Assembly (NCBI RefSeq): GCF_004010195.1
Contig: NC_057728.1
Coordinates: forward strand, 52,786,616-52,850,615
Source of the DNA: Chiloscyllium plagiosum
Taxonomy: Eukaryota
DNA: 64,000 nt
Reading direction: 5' to 3'
Position 1 is the stretch's first letter. The number at the start of each line of letters is the position of its first letter. This document shows positions 1-11,933 of this stretch, piece after piece. The position numbers and the translations under genes are program-made. The notes beneath the pieces are model-generated. The model had not been told where the DNA came from, did no database searches, and was given only the letters and a program-made list of their open reading frames with translations.

Positions 1-138
1 CACTGCCTTTATTCCTGGTGAAGGGCTTTTGCCCGAAACGTCGATTTCGAAGCTCCTTGGATGTTGCCTGAACTGCTGTGCTCTTCCTGCACCACTAATC
101 CAGAATCTGGTTTCCAGCATCTGCAGTCATTGTTTTTA
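1..138 (+). mobile_element. Short Penelope-like (pseudo-LTR) element, family A, with hammerhead-like core; left end at window edge
   Basis: CTGGTGA-A-GGGC-TTTT-GCCC-GAAACGTC at 15-42, followed by GATGTTGCCTGAACTGCTGTGCTCTTCC..CCAGCATCTGCAGTC; same motif at 32164-32231 (-) and 38295-38475. Confidence 0.65.
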
Positions 139-139
139 T

Positions 140-1540
140 CCCAATGTGGGAAATTGCCCAAGTATGCCCTGAACGTAAAAGGCAGAACAAATCCAACCCA
201 GCCAATTATCGCTCCATCAGTCTACTCTCAGTCATCAGTAAAGTGATGGAAGGGGTCATCAACAGTGCTATCAAGCAGCACCCGCTTAGCAATAACCTGC
301 TCAGTTTGGGTTTAGCCGGGGCCACTCAGCTCCTGGCCTCATTACAGCCTTGGTTCAAATATGGTCAAAAGAGCTGAATTCCAGAGGGGAGGAGAGAGGG
401 ACAGCCCTTGACATCAAGGCTGCATTCGACAGAATGTGGTATCTAGGAGTGCTAGCAAAACTGGAATCAATGGGAATCTGGGGGCAAACTTTCCACTGGT
501 TAGAGTCATTCTTGATGCATACAGATGGTTGTGGTTGTTGGAGGTCAGTCGTCTCATCTCCAGGACATCTCTCCAGGAGTTCCCCAGGGTAGTGTCCTAG
601 GCCCAACCATCTTTAGCTGCATCATCAATGATCTTCCATCCATCATCATGTCAGAAGTGGGGATGTTCACTGATGATTGCACAATGCTCAGCACCATTTG
701 TGACTCTTCAGATACTGAAGCAGTCCATGTTCAAATGCAACAAGATCTGGACAATATCCAGGCTTGGGCTAATAAGCAGCAAGTAACATTCGTGCCACAC
801 AAATGCCAAGCTATGATCATCACCAATAGGAGACAATCTAACCACTGTACCTTGACATTTAACAGCATTACCATCACTGAATCAGCATCTTGGGGGTTAT
901 CATAATCTAGAAATTCATCACATAAAAACAATAACTATGAAAGCAGGTCAGACTCTTGGAATACTGTGGTGAGTAACTCAGCACCTGACTCCCCATAACC
1001 TGTCCACCATTTATAAGTCAGGAGTGTGATGGAACACTCCCCACTTGCCTGGATGACAGCAGTCCCAACAACACTCAAGAAGCTTGACATCATCCAGGAC
1101 AAAGCAGCCCGCTTGATTGGCACCACATCCACAAACATCCACTCCCTCTACCACCAACGCTCAGTAGCTATGTACTATCTATAAGATGCACTGCAGAAAT
1201 TTTTCGAAGTACCTCAGACAGCGCCTTCCAAACTCACAACCACTCCCATCTAGAAAGACAAGGGCAGCAGATATATGAGAACACCATCACCTTCATGTAC
1301 CCCTCTAAGCCACTTACCATGCTGACTTGCAAATATATTGCCATTTCTTCACTGTCGCCGGGTCAAAATCTTGGAATTCCCACCCTAATGGTGTTGTGGA
1401 ATAATCCCCACAGCAGGTGGGCTGCAGCAGTTCAAGCAGAATGCTCACACCACCTTGTCAAAGGCAACTAGAGATGGGCAATAAATGCTGTCCATTCAGT
1501 GACACCAACATCCCACAAATGAATAAATTAACAAAAAAAC
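140..1540 (+). mobile_element. Non-LTR retrotransposon (CR1/L2-group) 3' fragment, frameshifted RT plus 3' UTR
   Basis: ORFs give NPANYRSISLLSVISKVMEG, ALDIKAAFDRMW, GVPQGSVLGPTIFSCIINDLP, MFTDDC in shifting frames; ends GGGCAATAAATGCTG..CCCACAAATGAATAAA plus A-rich tail. Confidence 0.9.
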
Positions 1541-1594
1541 ACCCTCCAAAAATCTTGGCATGTTCTGTTTAATCCTTGGCTGGAATTCTTTGAG

Positions 1595-2240
1595 GAGGTA
1601 ACACACACTGTGGAGGAAGGAGGAGCCAATGGGTATGCTGTGCTTAGATTTCCAGAAAGTGTTTGGTAAGGTGCCCATCAAAGGTTATCTTGGAAAATAA
1701 TAGCTCATGGTGCAGTGGGTAGCATATGGGCATGGAATGAAGATTGGCTAACTAACAGGAAACAGAGAGGAGGTGTGAGTGGGTCTTTTTTCAGATTGGC
1801 AAGTTGTAACAAATACTGGAATCTGAACTATTTACAATTTATATAAATAACTTCTGATGAAGAAACGTAAGGTCAGGTTGCCAATTTTCTGGATGGCAGA
1901 ACGAAAGGTAGGAAAGTAAGCTGTTGAAAGTGGCATAAGGAGGTTAGAAAACTTATTGATAGGTTAAATGAGTGGACAAGTGGAGTATAATGTTGGAAAG
2001 TATGAAATTGTCCATTTTGGCAGGAAAAATACAACAAGAAAATTATCTAAATGGTTAGAGATTGCAGAGCTCTGATAAGCAGAGGAATCTGGGTGTCCTC
2101 ATATATGAATCCCAAGAGGTTAGAATGCAGGAGAGCTAAGAGAATGTTATAGATTATTACAAAGGGAATTGAATACAAAAATTGTGAGGTTATGCTCCAG
2201 GTTAAATAGGTCAGTGGTGAGACTGCATCTGGAGTGTGTA
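1595..2240 (+). mobile_element. Old CR1 LINE RT fragment
   Basis: TTAGATTTCCAGAAAGTGTTTGGTAAGGTGCCCATC encodes LDFQKVFGKVP (LDFQKAFDKVPH motif); downstream sequence collinear with other CR1 copies here. Confidence 0.75.
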
Positions 2241-3211
2241 GCCAGTCTGAGTGTCCACGCATGGTGATTGGCATTGAAATCTTTTTCCAAAAGTCGTTGC
2301 CATATGCGAACCTCAAAACAGAAGGACAAAAAAGTGGGATGGCAGGCCCTTCTCACTTCCAAACCCACATTCCACCCTCCCCTGGATTCTCTTCCCCTTC
2401 TCCGTTACCTGAACCCCCTCCTAAACACCACCACTGACTCAGCCCTACTGATCCAGAGCCTGCACACAAGCTGCCAATCTCCGCCTGCCCGCCCTGAACA
2501 ATCAGTCAAGCTAGGAGTCTAAAGGGCAGTGTCAGTGCTGCCCACATGTTGATCCATCTCAAGGTGTTAGCTGACAGAGTCCATACACTGCATTGAGTTT
2601 CACAACATCACAACGCTCCGCTCTGGGAGTGCTATGTGAGAATGTCCTTCAAATGCGTAGAAGGAAGGTCAGCTGATGTTTCACCGTATCCCACAGGGGA
2701 GGCAGTGAGTATAACACTGGACAATAACTCAAACATTCAATGAACACTGGACACGAAAACACAACATATTTCCTCTCTAGTTAAGGAAATGTCCCTAACT
2801 TCCCTGTAACCATTAATATGAGTGATATATGCCCTTAGCTCCCTGACTGAGTTGGTCTCAACAAATAACAATGACGTGCACATGAATAAAGTGAAACCAA
2901 TGTAATGTGACAAATTTATAAGTGAAAAATACTCTTTGTGCTCTCCAGTCTTATGTGAGAGGGAATTGGTCAGGAAAGTTGTGTCCGTGAAGCAGGGTCT
3001 TCCTGTCTGATCCGGAGCTTCTTTTATAGTCCACCGACAGAGACGGCATGGTCAGCTGACAGTGGTTTCACTTGCTTTGCCGTGTGATCACATGTGTCTC
3101 CTGTGCCCATGATGGCACTTTCAATTCCAATTGGAATTGTGTAGGAAACAGTAAGCTGGAATGGAATCCCCTTCCTGTTCCATCGCTGGGAGAAGCTCAG
3201 CACAAATAAAG

Positions 3212-4060
3212 TCATAGAGTCATAGAGATGTACAGCATGGAAACAGACCCTTCGGTCCAACTCATCCATGCTGATCAGATATCCTAACCTAATCTAGTCC
3301 CACCTGCCAGCACCTGGTCCATATCCCTCCAAACCCTTCCTATTCATATATCCGTTCAGATGCCTTTTAAATGTTGCAATTGTATCAGCCTCCTCCACTT
3401 CCTCTGGCAGCTCATTCCATACACTTACCACCCTCTGTGTGAAAAAGCTGCCCCTTAGGACTCTTTCATATCTTTCCTCTCTCACCCTAAACCTATGCCC
3501 TCAAGTTTTGGATGTAGGGAAAATACCTTGTCTATTTATCCTATCCATGCCTCTCATGATTTTATAAACCTCTATAAGGTCACCCCTCAGCCTCCGATGC
3601 TCCAGGGAAAACAGCCCCAGCCTATTCAACCTCTCCTTATAGTTCAAATCCTTCAACCCTGGCAACATCTTTGTAAATCTTTTCTGAACCCTTTCAAGTT
3701 TCACAACATCTTTCCGATTGGAAGGAGACCAGAATTGCACACAATATTCCAACAGTGGCCTAACCAATGTCCTGTACAGCCACAACATGACGTCCCATTT
3801 CCTGTACTCAATACTCTGACCAATAAAAGAAAGCATACCAAAAGCCTTCTTCACTATCCTTTCTACCTGTGACTCTACTTTCAAGGAGCTATGAACTTGC
3901 ACTCCAAGAGTCTCTTTGTTCAGCAACACTCCCTGGGACCTTACCATTAAATGTATAAGTCCTGCTAAGATTTGCTTTCCTAAAATGCAGCACCTCGCAT
4001 TTATCTAAATTAAACTCCATCTGCCACTCCTCAGCCCATCTGATCAAGTTCTGCTGTATT
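3212..4060 (-). mobile_element. CR1 (HER1-like) LINE, 5'-truncated
   Basis: ORF 3501-3947 LYRTLVRPLLEYCVQFWSP..LFSLEHRRLRGDLIEVYKIM; GTCATAGA-repeat tail at 3212. Confidence 0.95.
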
Positions 4061-4094
4061 TTTCCAGAAACACAAAAGCTTGCTGAAATACCAT

Positions 4095-4335
4095 GAGAAT
4101 GCTGCGCTGTCGGCAGTGCCAACTTTCAGATGAAATGTTAAGATGACACCCCATCTGTATGCAAAAGATCCCAATGGGTTATTCTGCTGAATGGGGGAGG
4201 AGCTTCCCCTTTTCCCACCCCATGTTTATCAACCAAGCAACATTACTTAACATAAATATCTAGGTGCTATTGCAATGCTGTGAGCAGATTCTCTGGTGTA
4301 TTTCATATTATTGCCATGTTCACTACAGTATTGCT
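4095..4335 (+). mobile_element. Deu-domain-like SINE fragment (tail probably resumes 4950-5032)
   Basis: TGCTGCGCTGTCGGCAGTGCCAACTTTCAGATGAAATGTTA..AAAAGATCCCAATGG resembles the Deu core; GTGAAAGGTGTTTTATAAATGTAAGTTCTTTC tail near 5000-5032. Confidence 0.6.
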
Positions 4336-4499
4336 TAAAACAAGACACATTTTACAGAAGTTTTGCATCTTGCACATATCAAGATAAATCACAAGAAATA
4401 TCAAAGTAACAGAAAATGTTTTGTACTGCACGAGAATGATGTGCTAATTGGTAGGCATGTGGTCTCTGATTGATAGAGGCATTTTTCTTTTGACAGTGA

Positions 4500-4690
4500 A
4501 TCTTTGTAGATAGTATGTCCTGCTGCGATTAACCGTCAGTGGTGAAGGGAGGGGTGTGTTTGGATGTGGTCCCAGTCAAGCAGATGCTTTGACTTGAATG
4601 GTATCAAGCTTCCTAAGTGTTCTTAGTGCTGCACGTATCGAGACAGATATGAAGTATTCCATTACACTTGTGACTTGCTGTGGAGAATGC
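4500..4690 (-). mobile_element. Fragment of the same LINE family as 140-1540
   Basis: Reverse complement resembles the 1020-1200 region (GGAATACTTC..GCAGCAC..AGCTTGATACCATTCAAG). Confidence 0.6.
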
Positions 4691-5425
4691 TCCAGTTAGA
4701 TGATGACTGACAATTAATTGCCAAGTTTTATTTAAATTTAAAGCAAGCAGCTTTACTCAAATTGGACAAATCATTGCCCTGAGAATCAAACAAAAATTGA
4801 CTGTTACCTACTTTGTTCAGTTGAATGTATATGTCCTTTCTGAATACAATGAACAGGGCCCCGTGAATTCAATTTTTTCATATTTGTTTTAATTTTAATA
4901 TTTTTGCCGCAATTCTCAAGTTCTGTACTACCAATTTATAAAAGTGAGTGCACTCCAAAAGTATTTCACTAGCTATTCGTGCTTTCAAATGCCCAGAGGT
5001 CGTGAAAGGTGTTTTATAAATGTAAGTTCTTTCCTTAGACTGAAAGCTGAACAATCCAAGGGAGATGATGGTGAGATGCTAATGTCACTGTAGTAGTAAT
5101 CCACAGCTCCCAGTCAATGTTCTGGGGACATGGAATTGAATCCCACTATGGCAAACAGTGAGATTTGAATTCAATGAAAAAATCCAGAACTAAAAAAGCT
5201 GGTCTAACATAATCATTGTCAATTGTTGTAAAATCCCATCTGGATATCTCAGAAGCTTGAAATCACCTCTGTTAGAGCAGTCCATTTGATTGGCAGCTCA
5301 TCTGACACTGTCAACATTCACCCTGTCCATCACAGATGTAGAGTGACAGCATTCTTCACCATCAACGAAATCCATGTTAATAACTCACAAAACCAGCATT
5401 TTGCAAGTGTCTACCATCCCTAGAT

Positions 5426-5690
5426 CATAGAACATAGAACATAGAACATAGAACATAGAACATAGAACATAGAACATAGAACATAGAACAATACAGCACA
5501 GAACAGGCCCTTCGGCCCACGATGTTGTGCCGAACTTCTAACCTAGATTAAGTACCCATCCATGTACCTATCCAAATGCCGCTTAAAGGTCGCCAATGAT
5601 TCCGACTCTACCACTCCCACGGGCAGCGCATTCCATGCCCCCACCACTCTCTGGGTAAAGAACCCTGACATCTCCCCTATACCTTCCACC
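5426..5690 (-). mobile_element. CR1 3' end with (CATAGAA)9 microsatellite tail
   Basis: Nine perfect CATAGAA units at 5426-5488 followed by ACAGGCCCTTCGGCCC CR1 3' UTR. Confidence 0.9.
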
Positions 5691-6599
5691 CTTTTAGATC
5701 ATTTTAGAAGGTATTTAAGAATCACCAGCATTGCAATGGGTCTGGAATCCTATGGAAGCCAGAGCAGATTTTGTTCCTTAAAGCACATGGTGAATCTGAT
5801 TTTTCTTTCATATACAATCAATGATTGGTTGCCATTTACTGAATGTAGCTATTTGTTGAAATTAAACTCCCTTAGCTGTTTGGATGCATTTTGAACCTGC
5901 AACCTACAGGATTAACCTAGACCTCATGGTTACTAATTCTGTAATATTAACATGACCCCATCACTTTCCCTCAATTTAGCTCCACTACAAACATTAGGAA
6001 GAGGTTCAGGGAGGACTAAAACCATTTGGGAGGGCTGGGTGGGGAACTGTGTGAGACAGCAATGTGTTGCAGGTCAGCCTACCTTTTCAAAGAGAAATGA
6101 TGCTGAGTATAAGTTTTTATTTTATAAGAGGATGCTTGCAGACCTCACACAACCTCTGGAGGGAGAGAGAGATTGGAACACAGTTGAGGTCCATACAGTG
6201 ATCCTTAGACCACCAGGCACATTCTGGCAATGACAGTACCTGCCCATTCGCTGTCTCCTGTCGCACAGCCAATGTCCCAACCAAATCAATAATTACCCTT
6301 CAATTTAACTTCAACATTAGCTAGTGGTCCTTATAAGGGAACTTCCGGAAATGCTGAATCAAACATAGCAGGAAGTTTTCCCTGGTGTGTGGGAAATACT
6401 AATCACTCAAACAACATCATTAAGAGCGAATGTCTGGTCATCCTCACATTCCTATCACTTGAAATTGCTATGCATTAATTGGCTGCCAATGATTTGCATA
6501 TTACAACAAATAATAGCAACCTCCCCTACTGCTATGGCTCTTAGTTGTGGCTACGTCTGCAGAAAAGTTGCTCACTTGGAATGTCATGTTGATGTCTTG

Positions 6600-7300
6600 C
6601 ACAAATGTCAATCGCACCTCACAATGCCAGGTAATGACCATCTCAGACAAGAGACAATCTAACCATCTCTCCTTGGCGTTCAATGGCTTCATTATTGTTG
6701 AATGCCCCACAAACAACATCCTGGGGGTTATCATTGACCACAAACTGAACTAGACCAGCCCTATAAGAATTGTGGCTACCACAGCAGGTAAGAGGTTAAT
6801 AGTTCTGCAGTGAATAACTCACCTCCTGACTCCTGAAAGTAGTGTGATGGAATACTCTCCACTCGCCTGGATGGGCGTAGCTCTAATCAGACGCTCAAAA
6901 TAACTGGGACATAACAGTTTGTTCACTCTGTCCACCACTGATGCAGAGTGGCAGCAGTCTGCATTATCAGCGAAATAAATGGCAACAACTCACCAAAGAT
7001 TTTTGACCACATCTTCCAAACCAGCAACCTCTACCATACAGTAGGACAAGGGCAACAGATACATGGGAACATCACCACCTGCAAGTTCTTCTCTAAGCCA
7101 CTCATCATCCTGATGCAGAAAAATGTTGCTGTTCCTTCATGATCGCAGGTCAAAATCTTGGAACTCCCACCCTAATGGTATTGACCTGCAGCAAATGGAC
7201 TATAGTGATTTTAAAAAGCAACATCTCAACAGGTGGTTCAGGATTGGCAATAAATGCTGGGCTGGCCAGCAATGAGCACAAACCATGAGTGAAGGAAAAA
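6600..7300 (+). mobile_element. Older copy of the LINE family at 140-1540
   Basis: CQVMTISDKRQSNHLSLAFNG..NILGVIIDHKLN; same 3' tail GGCAATAAATGCTGG. Confidence 0.8.
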
Positions 7301-8624
7301 CAAAATCAAAATGAATTCCAGGGAAAGGTTGTAACACGTAGTGTTTTATTCCTTCGTACTGAACAGAAGAGAAGGATTCATAAATGTGTCATGATAAATG
7401 AGATGAGAGCAAAATGGCTGAGATTCTTTCACGCCTGAAAACTCCAGTTTGAACTTGAAGTAAGGAATTAGACATAGACTTGAAAAGGGGAAATTTTCAG
7501 GGTTACAGTGACAGAGCAGAGGAATGGGTTCTTGCAAAGAACAAGCAGAGAGGTAATGGGTTGTTTGGTGTATTTATGTCAGCCGAAAGATAACACCATA
7601 AGACATAGGGTCAGAAGTAGGCCATTCAGCCCATTGAGATACTCTACTGTTAAATGAGATCATGGATCTGATAATCCTCAACCTCATTTTCCTGCTTTAT
7701 CTCCATGACCCTTGGCTCCCTTACTGATGGGACCAGCAGATGGGGATAATGTAAACATGAATGGCAAGAGTTTCCTCAAACCTTTTCTTGAGCCACTGTC
7801 GAAACACAAGCTTGTATGAGCCTTACTCCCACAAACTTACTGCCAACCTGGAGAAGAAATTCTTGGCCCAGATGGTTCCCATTGGCAGGCACATCAAAGC
7901 CATGAGTCTGTGACCTTAAAATAAGCCCTTAAAGTAAATAAAAGGGGAGAAATCCTTTCACGCAAAGAGTTATTGTGAGCATGAGGAACGTTTTGTCACA
8001 GCTGAAATCTGAAATCTATTACAGTCTTCAGGAGGGTGTTGGTTACTGTAATTACTTAAAGAACAATGCAGAGCAAGCTGGGGAGGCAGCATGGAAAGTG
8101 AATCTGTATTAAATCAATTATGACAGGGGTTCAGTTCAGTGAAAGCCAGGTCCACCTCCTGTGCTGAAGTGTCAATGATTTGATGTAACCCACTCCAGAT
8201 GTTTATGACTGTGCATGTGAATCGTTTCAGTTTCTTTCTGTACACTCTTTCTTTGCTGCTTTCCTGACCTTCTGCATTTCAGAAATTTTTGTCCATGAGA
8301 ATAATATAACAGACTGAAAGCGACCACTCGCAGAAACAGAGGAACAAGAGAATTCTCAGCAACATTGTGGGTCTTCTGGTTGAATCCGCAGAGAAATACT
8401 AACATCCCACTATCTCTCATCCTGTTTTATTGCAATTCACGTTATACTGCAGCTATAACCTGGAGTTTACTTGCTTCTGGTCAGTCCAAGTCCCTTGTCC
8501 AATAACCTATCCCAATGCTCCTGGTGATGGCGGGATTGTGTCTTTAAGATGAGGTATTAAATTGAGGCCCCATCTCCCTCTCAGGTAGGTCAGAAAGATC
8601 CAGTGGCTAATCATTCAAGGGTAG

Positions 8625-9215
8625 CTGGTGGCACAGAGGTAATATCGCTTGACTAGTAATCCAGGATGCCAGTTCTTGGGACACGGGTTCAAGCACTTCA
8701 TTCCACTTCCCCCCCACCACCCCACCCCCATAGCAGATGGTGAATTATGATTAAAATTCTGGAGTGAAAGAAAGCTGATTGATGGCAACCATGTAAACCC
8801 TGTTAATTATTGGCTCACTAATGCCCCTTTAGGGAAGGAAATCTGCTACCCTGATCTGGCTGCAGACAAATAAATGGCAAGTGCTGGAATCCAAAGTAGA
8901 CAGGCAGGAGGCTGGAAGAACAAAGCAAGCCAGGCAGCATCAGGAGGTGAAGAAGTCGAGATTTTAGATGCAACCCTCCTTCAGGACTGGGGGTGGGTGT
9001 GAGGCAAAGGCAGGGTGGTGAAGTGGGGATAGATGAAGACAGGTAGAGGGTACGACCTGGTTGGTCAGTAGGAGGAATGAATCCGGTTGGTGGCAGGGAG
9101 GAGTGCTGGCCTACACCCGGCTTCAGGCCTCAACAACATGGTTGACTCTAAGAGTTGGATAATAAATGCTGACTTTGCCAGTGCTGCCCACAATCCAGGA
9201 ATGAATAATTAAAAA
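8625..9215 (+). mobile_element. tRNA-headed SINE (family sharing its tail with the 140-1540 LINE), split by a Penelope-like insertion
   Basis: GGGTTCAAG B-box-like; GGCTCACTAATGCCCCTTTAGGGAAGGAAATCTGC core; resumes at 9105 with GGCCTACA..TGGTTGACTCT..AATAAATGCTG. Confidence 0.65.
8866..9105 (-). mobile_element. Penelope-like terminal fragment with decayed hammerhead-like core
   Basis: Minus strand 8988-8954 reads AGTC-CTGAAGG-AGGGT-TGC-ATCT-AAAA-TCTC-GACT; GCTGGAAGAACAAAGCAAGCCAGGCAGCATC arm like other copies. Confidence 0.55.
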
Positions 9216-9587
9216 ACAGTTATCCCCTCAACCTAAAACAGATCCCATGTTATCTCACTTCTAAGAACACACAGTTGGCTATGGAATGCTTCGGGACATC
9301 TAAAGGTGGGGCAAGGCACTATATAAATGCAAGTAGTTTTCTTTCTTCTTGATGAATTGTCAGCACAATTGTCTCACCTGGTCATTGAAACACAAAAGAG
9401 ATGTTGAAAAAGCTGCAGTAGTGGGAGGCCAAATTCCATAAAAGACAGCCGCAACATGAGAGGACGTTGAGTAGGGGAGTTCTCATCTTCACCGCATACA
9501 ATATCCCCAAGTAGAACAGGAGACTTCCACCATCTGCTATTGGTGGTGGTGGGAGGTGGTGTTGCCTGAACCCATGCCCCAAGAATT

Positions 9588-9957
9588 GGGGTGGCACGGT
9601 GGCTCAGTGGTTAGTACATGCTGCCTCACAGCGCCAGGGACCCGGGTTCAATTCCAGCCTCGGGCGACTGTCTGTGTGGAGTTTGCACGTTCTCCCCGTG
9701 TCTGTGTGGATTTCCTCCGGGTGCTCCAGTTTCCTCCCACAACCCAAAGATGTGCAGGTTAGGTGAATTGGCCATGTTAAATTGCTCATAGTGTTCAGGG
9801 ATGTGTAGGTTAAGTGCATTAGTCAGGGGAAATGTTGAGTAATAGGGTAGGTTACTGTTGGGAGAGTAGAATTGGTCTGGGTAGGTTTCTGTTGGGAGGG
9901 TCGGGGTGGACTTGTTGAGCCGAAGGGCCAGTTTCCATGCTGTCGGGATTCTATGAT
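9588..9957 (+). mobile_element. HE1 / V-type tRNA-derived SINE, full length
   Basis: A box TGGCTCAGTGG, B box GGTTCAATTCC, V-domain TTCTCCCCGTGTCTGTGTGGATTTCCTCCGGGTGCTCC, CR1-type tail GATTCTATGA. Confidence 0.92.
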
Positions 9958-10129
9958 ATTTACCGCTGTGGGATTGATTCTCATCTTGTGGACTCAACGC
10001 AATTCAAGATTGAAGATATTGTGGCCTAGAAACAATCTTAAGAACCTAATTGATTGCAAAACACTACAGAGTGCCCTGAGGCCATGAAAAGTGCTACATA
10101 AATACAAATCCTTTCTTTACAAATTGGTC

Positions 10130-10525
10130 GAAAGGAGGATGGTGTAGTGCTGATATCACATGACAGGAAATCCTGAGACCCAGGTGAATGCCCTGGTGAT
10201 GTGGCTTCAAATATCACTGTGGTAGATGGTTGTATTTAAATACACTTAAAACATCTGGAAAAAAAACCAAGCTTGTTGATGGTGACCATAACAACTGCCA
10301 GTTTTACCTTGTTTCCAAATCTCATCTTACTCACTGATGTCCTTTAGGGAAGAAAATCTGCCATCCTTACTTGGTCTGGTCTACATGTGACTCCAGACCC
10401 ACAGTGCTATGGTTGACTCTTAACTATCCTCTGAAATGTCTGAGCAAGCCGCTCAGTTCAAGAGAAATTAAGATAGCTGGCCTGGCCTGGCTCGTGATAC
10501 TGCTTATCCACCAATGAGCAATAAA
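10130..10525 (+). mobile_element. tRNA-headed SINE (family with tail of the 140-1540 LINE)
   Basis: GATGTCCTTTAGGGAAGAAAATCTGCCATCCTTACTTGGTCTGGTCTACATGTGACTCCAGACCCACAG core. Confidence 0.8.
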
Positions 10526-10712
10526 CTGAGAAATTCCTGGGAAGACTCAACAGGACTCACAGCATCTGTGGAGAGAAAGCAGAGTTAACATTTCAGGACT
10601 AGTGACCTTTCTTCAAAGATGTTAACTCTGCTTTCTCTCCACAGATGCTGCCATACCTGTTGAACTTTCCCTGCAATTTCTGTCTTTGTTTCTGATTTCC
10701 AGCATCCACATT
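10526..10712. mobile_element. Fold-back Penelope-like short element, family B
   Basis: Perfect 32-bp inverted repeat 10560-10591 / 10619-10650 with 27-nt loop; imperfect arms extend outward. Confidence 0.75.
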
Positions 10713-11584
10713 TATTGGCAGATTCTGTGAATAAGAAACTGCTGTGAGGTGTGCTATAATTGACCTCCATGGTGGCCTGAGTGAATCCATACGTCAGTAT
10801 GCATCGGCCCTTGTTTTCCAACCTGATCTCCTGCTTCAGGCAATGCTGGATTTCCTATACCAAGGAATTCAGCAGCATGGGGAAGCCCATTCAGCCCATC
10901 TTGGCTGTGCCAGCACTTTAAAGGGTGATCCCATTCATCCCCCTCCCCCTATTATTCTGCAGACACTTCTTTCTCAGCTATTGATCCATATCCCTTTCAA
11001 TGATGATCACTGAGTCTGCATCCAGCAGTGCATTCCAGATTGTAACCGCTTGCTGAGTGAAGATGATTCCTTTTAATCTCCGCTCTGCTTCTTCTGCCAA
11101 CTGGCGCCCTCAGGTTATGGGCCTGTCGGCCAGCTGCTCTGTCAATGTAAGTCTGAACATCCCAAAACCACAGCCTTCCCTGCTGCAACAATCCCATCTT
11201 CCCTATTCTCTCCTGGAACTGAACGCACACATATCCATCACTTCGACCACTTTTTTCCCAAATCAACGCTCATCACATTTAAAAAGAATGGCAGATGTAA
11301 GGGCAAAGGTGGGAGTGGGATTGGGATGGGTTTCTCTTTTTCATTGGACTCAGGCAGGATGAGTAAAATGACCTCCTTCTGCATAGTAATATCATTCAAA
11401 GGTCAAAGGTTGCAGAGTTTATTAACAAGTGTGGGATCTCACGGGAAATGAAGTGCAACATATATCTAAAACCGGTTTTTGCATCAGTCATCAAAGTCTA
11501 CCCAAATACGTGATGAGAAGGTTATACAAGTTCTGGCTTACCTTGTTAGTCTGTCAAATCTCCAGGAATGATTTCAATAACACA

Positions 11585-11933
11585 GGGGCAGCTCAGTGGT
11601 TAATACTGCAGTCTTACAGAGCCAGGGACCTGGGATTGACTCCAGCCTTGGATAACTGTCTGTGTGGAGTTTGCACATTCTCCCCGTGTCTGCATGGGAT
11701 TCCTCTGGGTGCTCCAGTTTCCTTCCACAGTTCAAAGATGTTCCGGTTGGGTGGACTGGCCGTGCTAAATTGCTCATAGTGTCCAGGGATGTGTGGGCTA
11801 GGTGGATTAGCCGTGGGAATATACAGGGATGGGGTGAGTCTGAGTGGGATGCTCTTTGGAGGATTGATGTGGACTTGGTGGACTTGGTGGACTGAATGGC
11901 CTGCTTCAACAGTGTAGGGATTCTATGATTCTA
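11585..11933 (+). mobile_element. HE1 / V-type SINE
   Basis: GCTCAGTGGTTAA head, V-domain, GTAGGGATTCTATGATTCTA tail. Confidence 0.9.

Noticed and set aside
5426..5488. (CATAGAA)9 as a CRISPR-like or telomeric array
   Set aside because: No spacers; it is the microsatellite tail of a CR1
8225..8420. Strong polypyrimidine tract plus AG at 8282 as a coding exon
   Set aside because: All three plus frames stop within about 12 codons; the minus 82-aa ORF resembles nothing recognisable
9588..9670. tRNA gene
   Set aside because: A/B boxes belong to an HE1 SINE head followed by V-domain and LINE tail; the same applies to other copies
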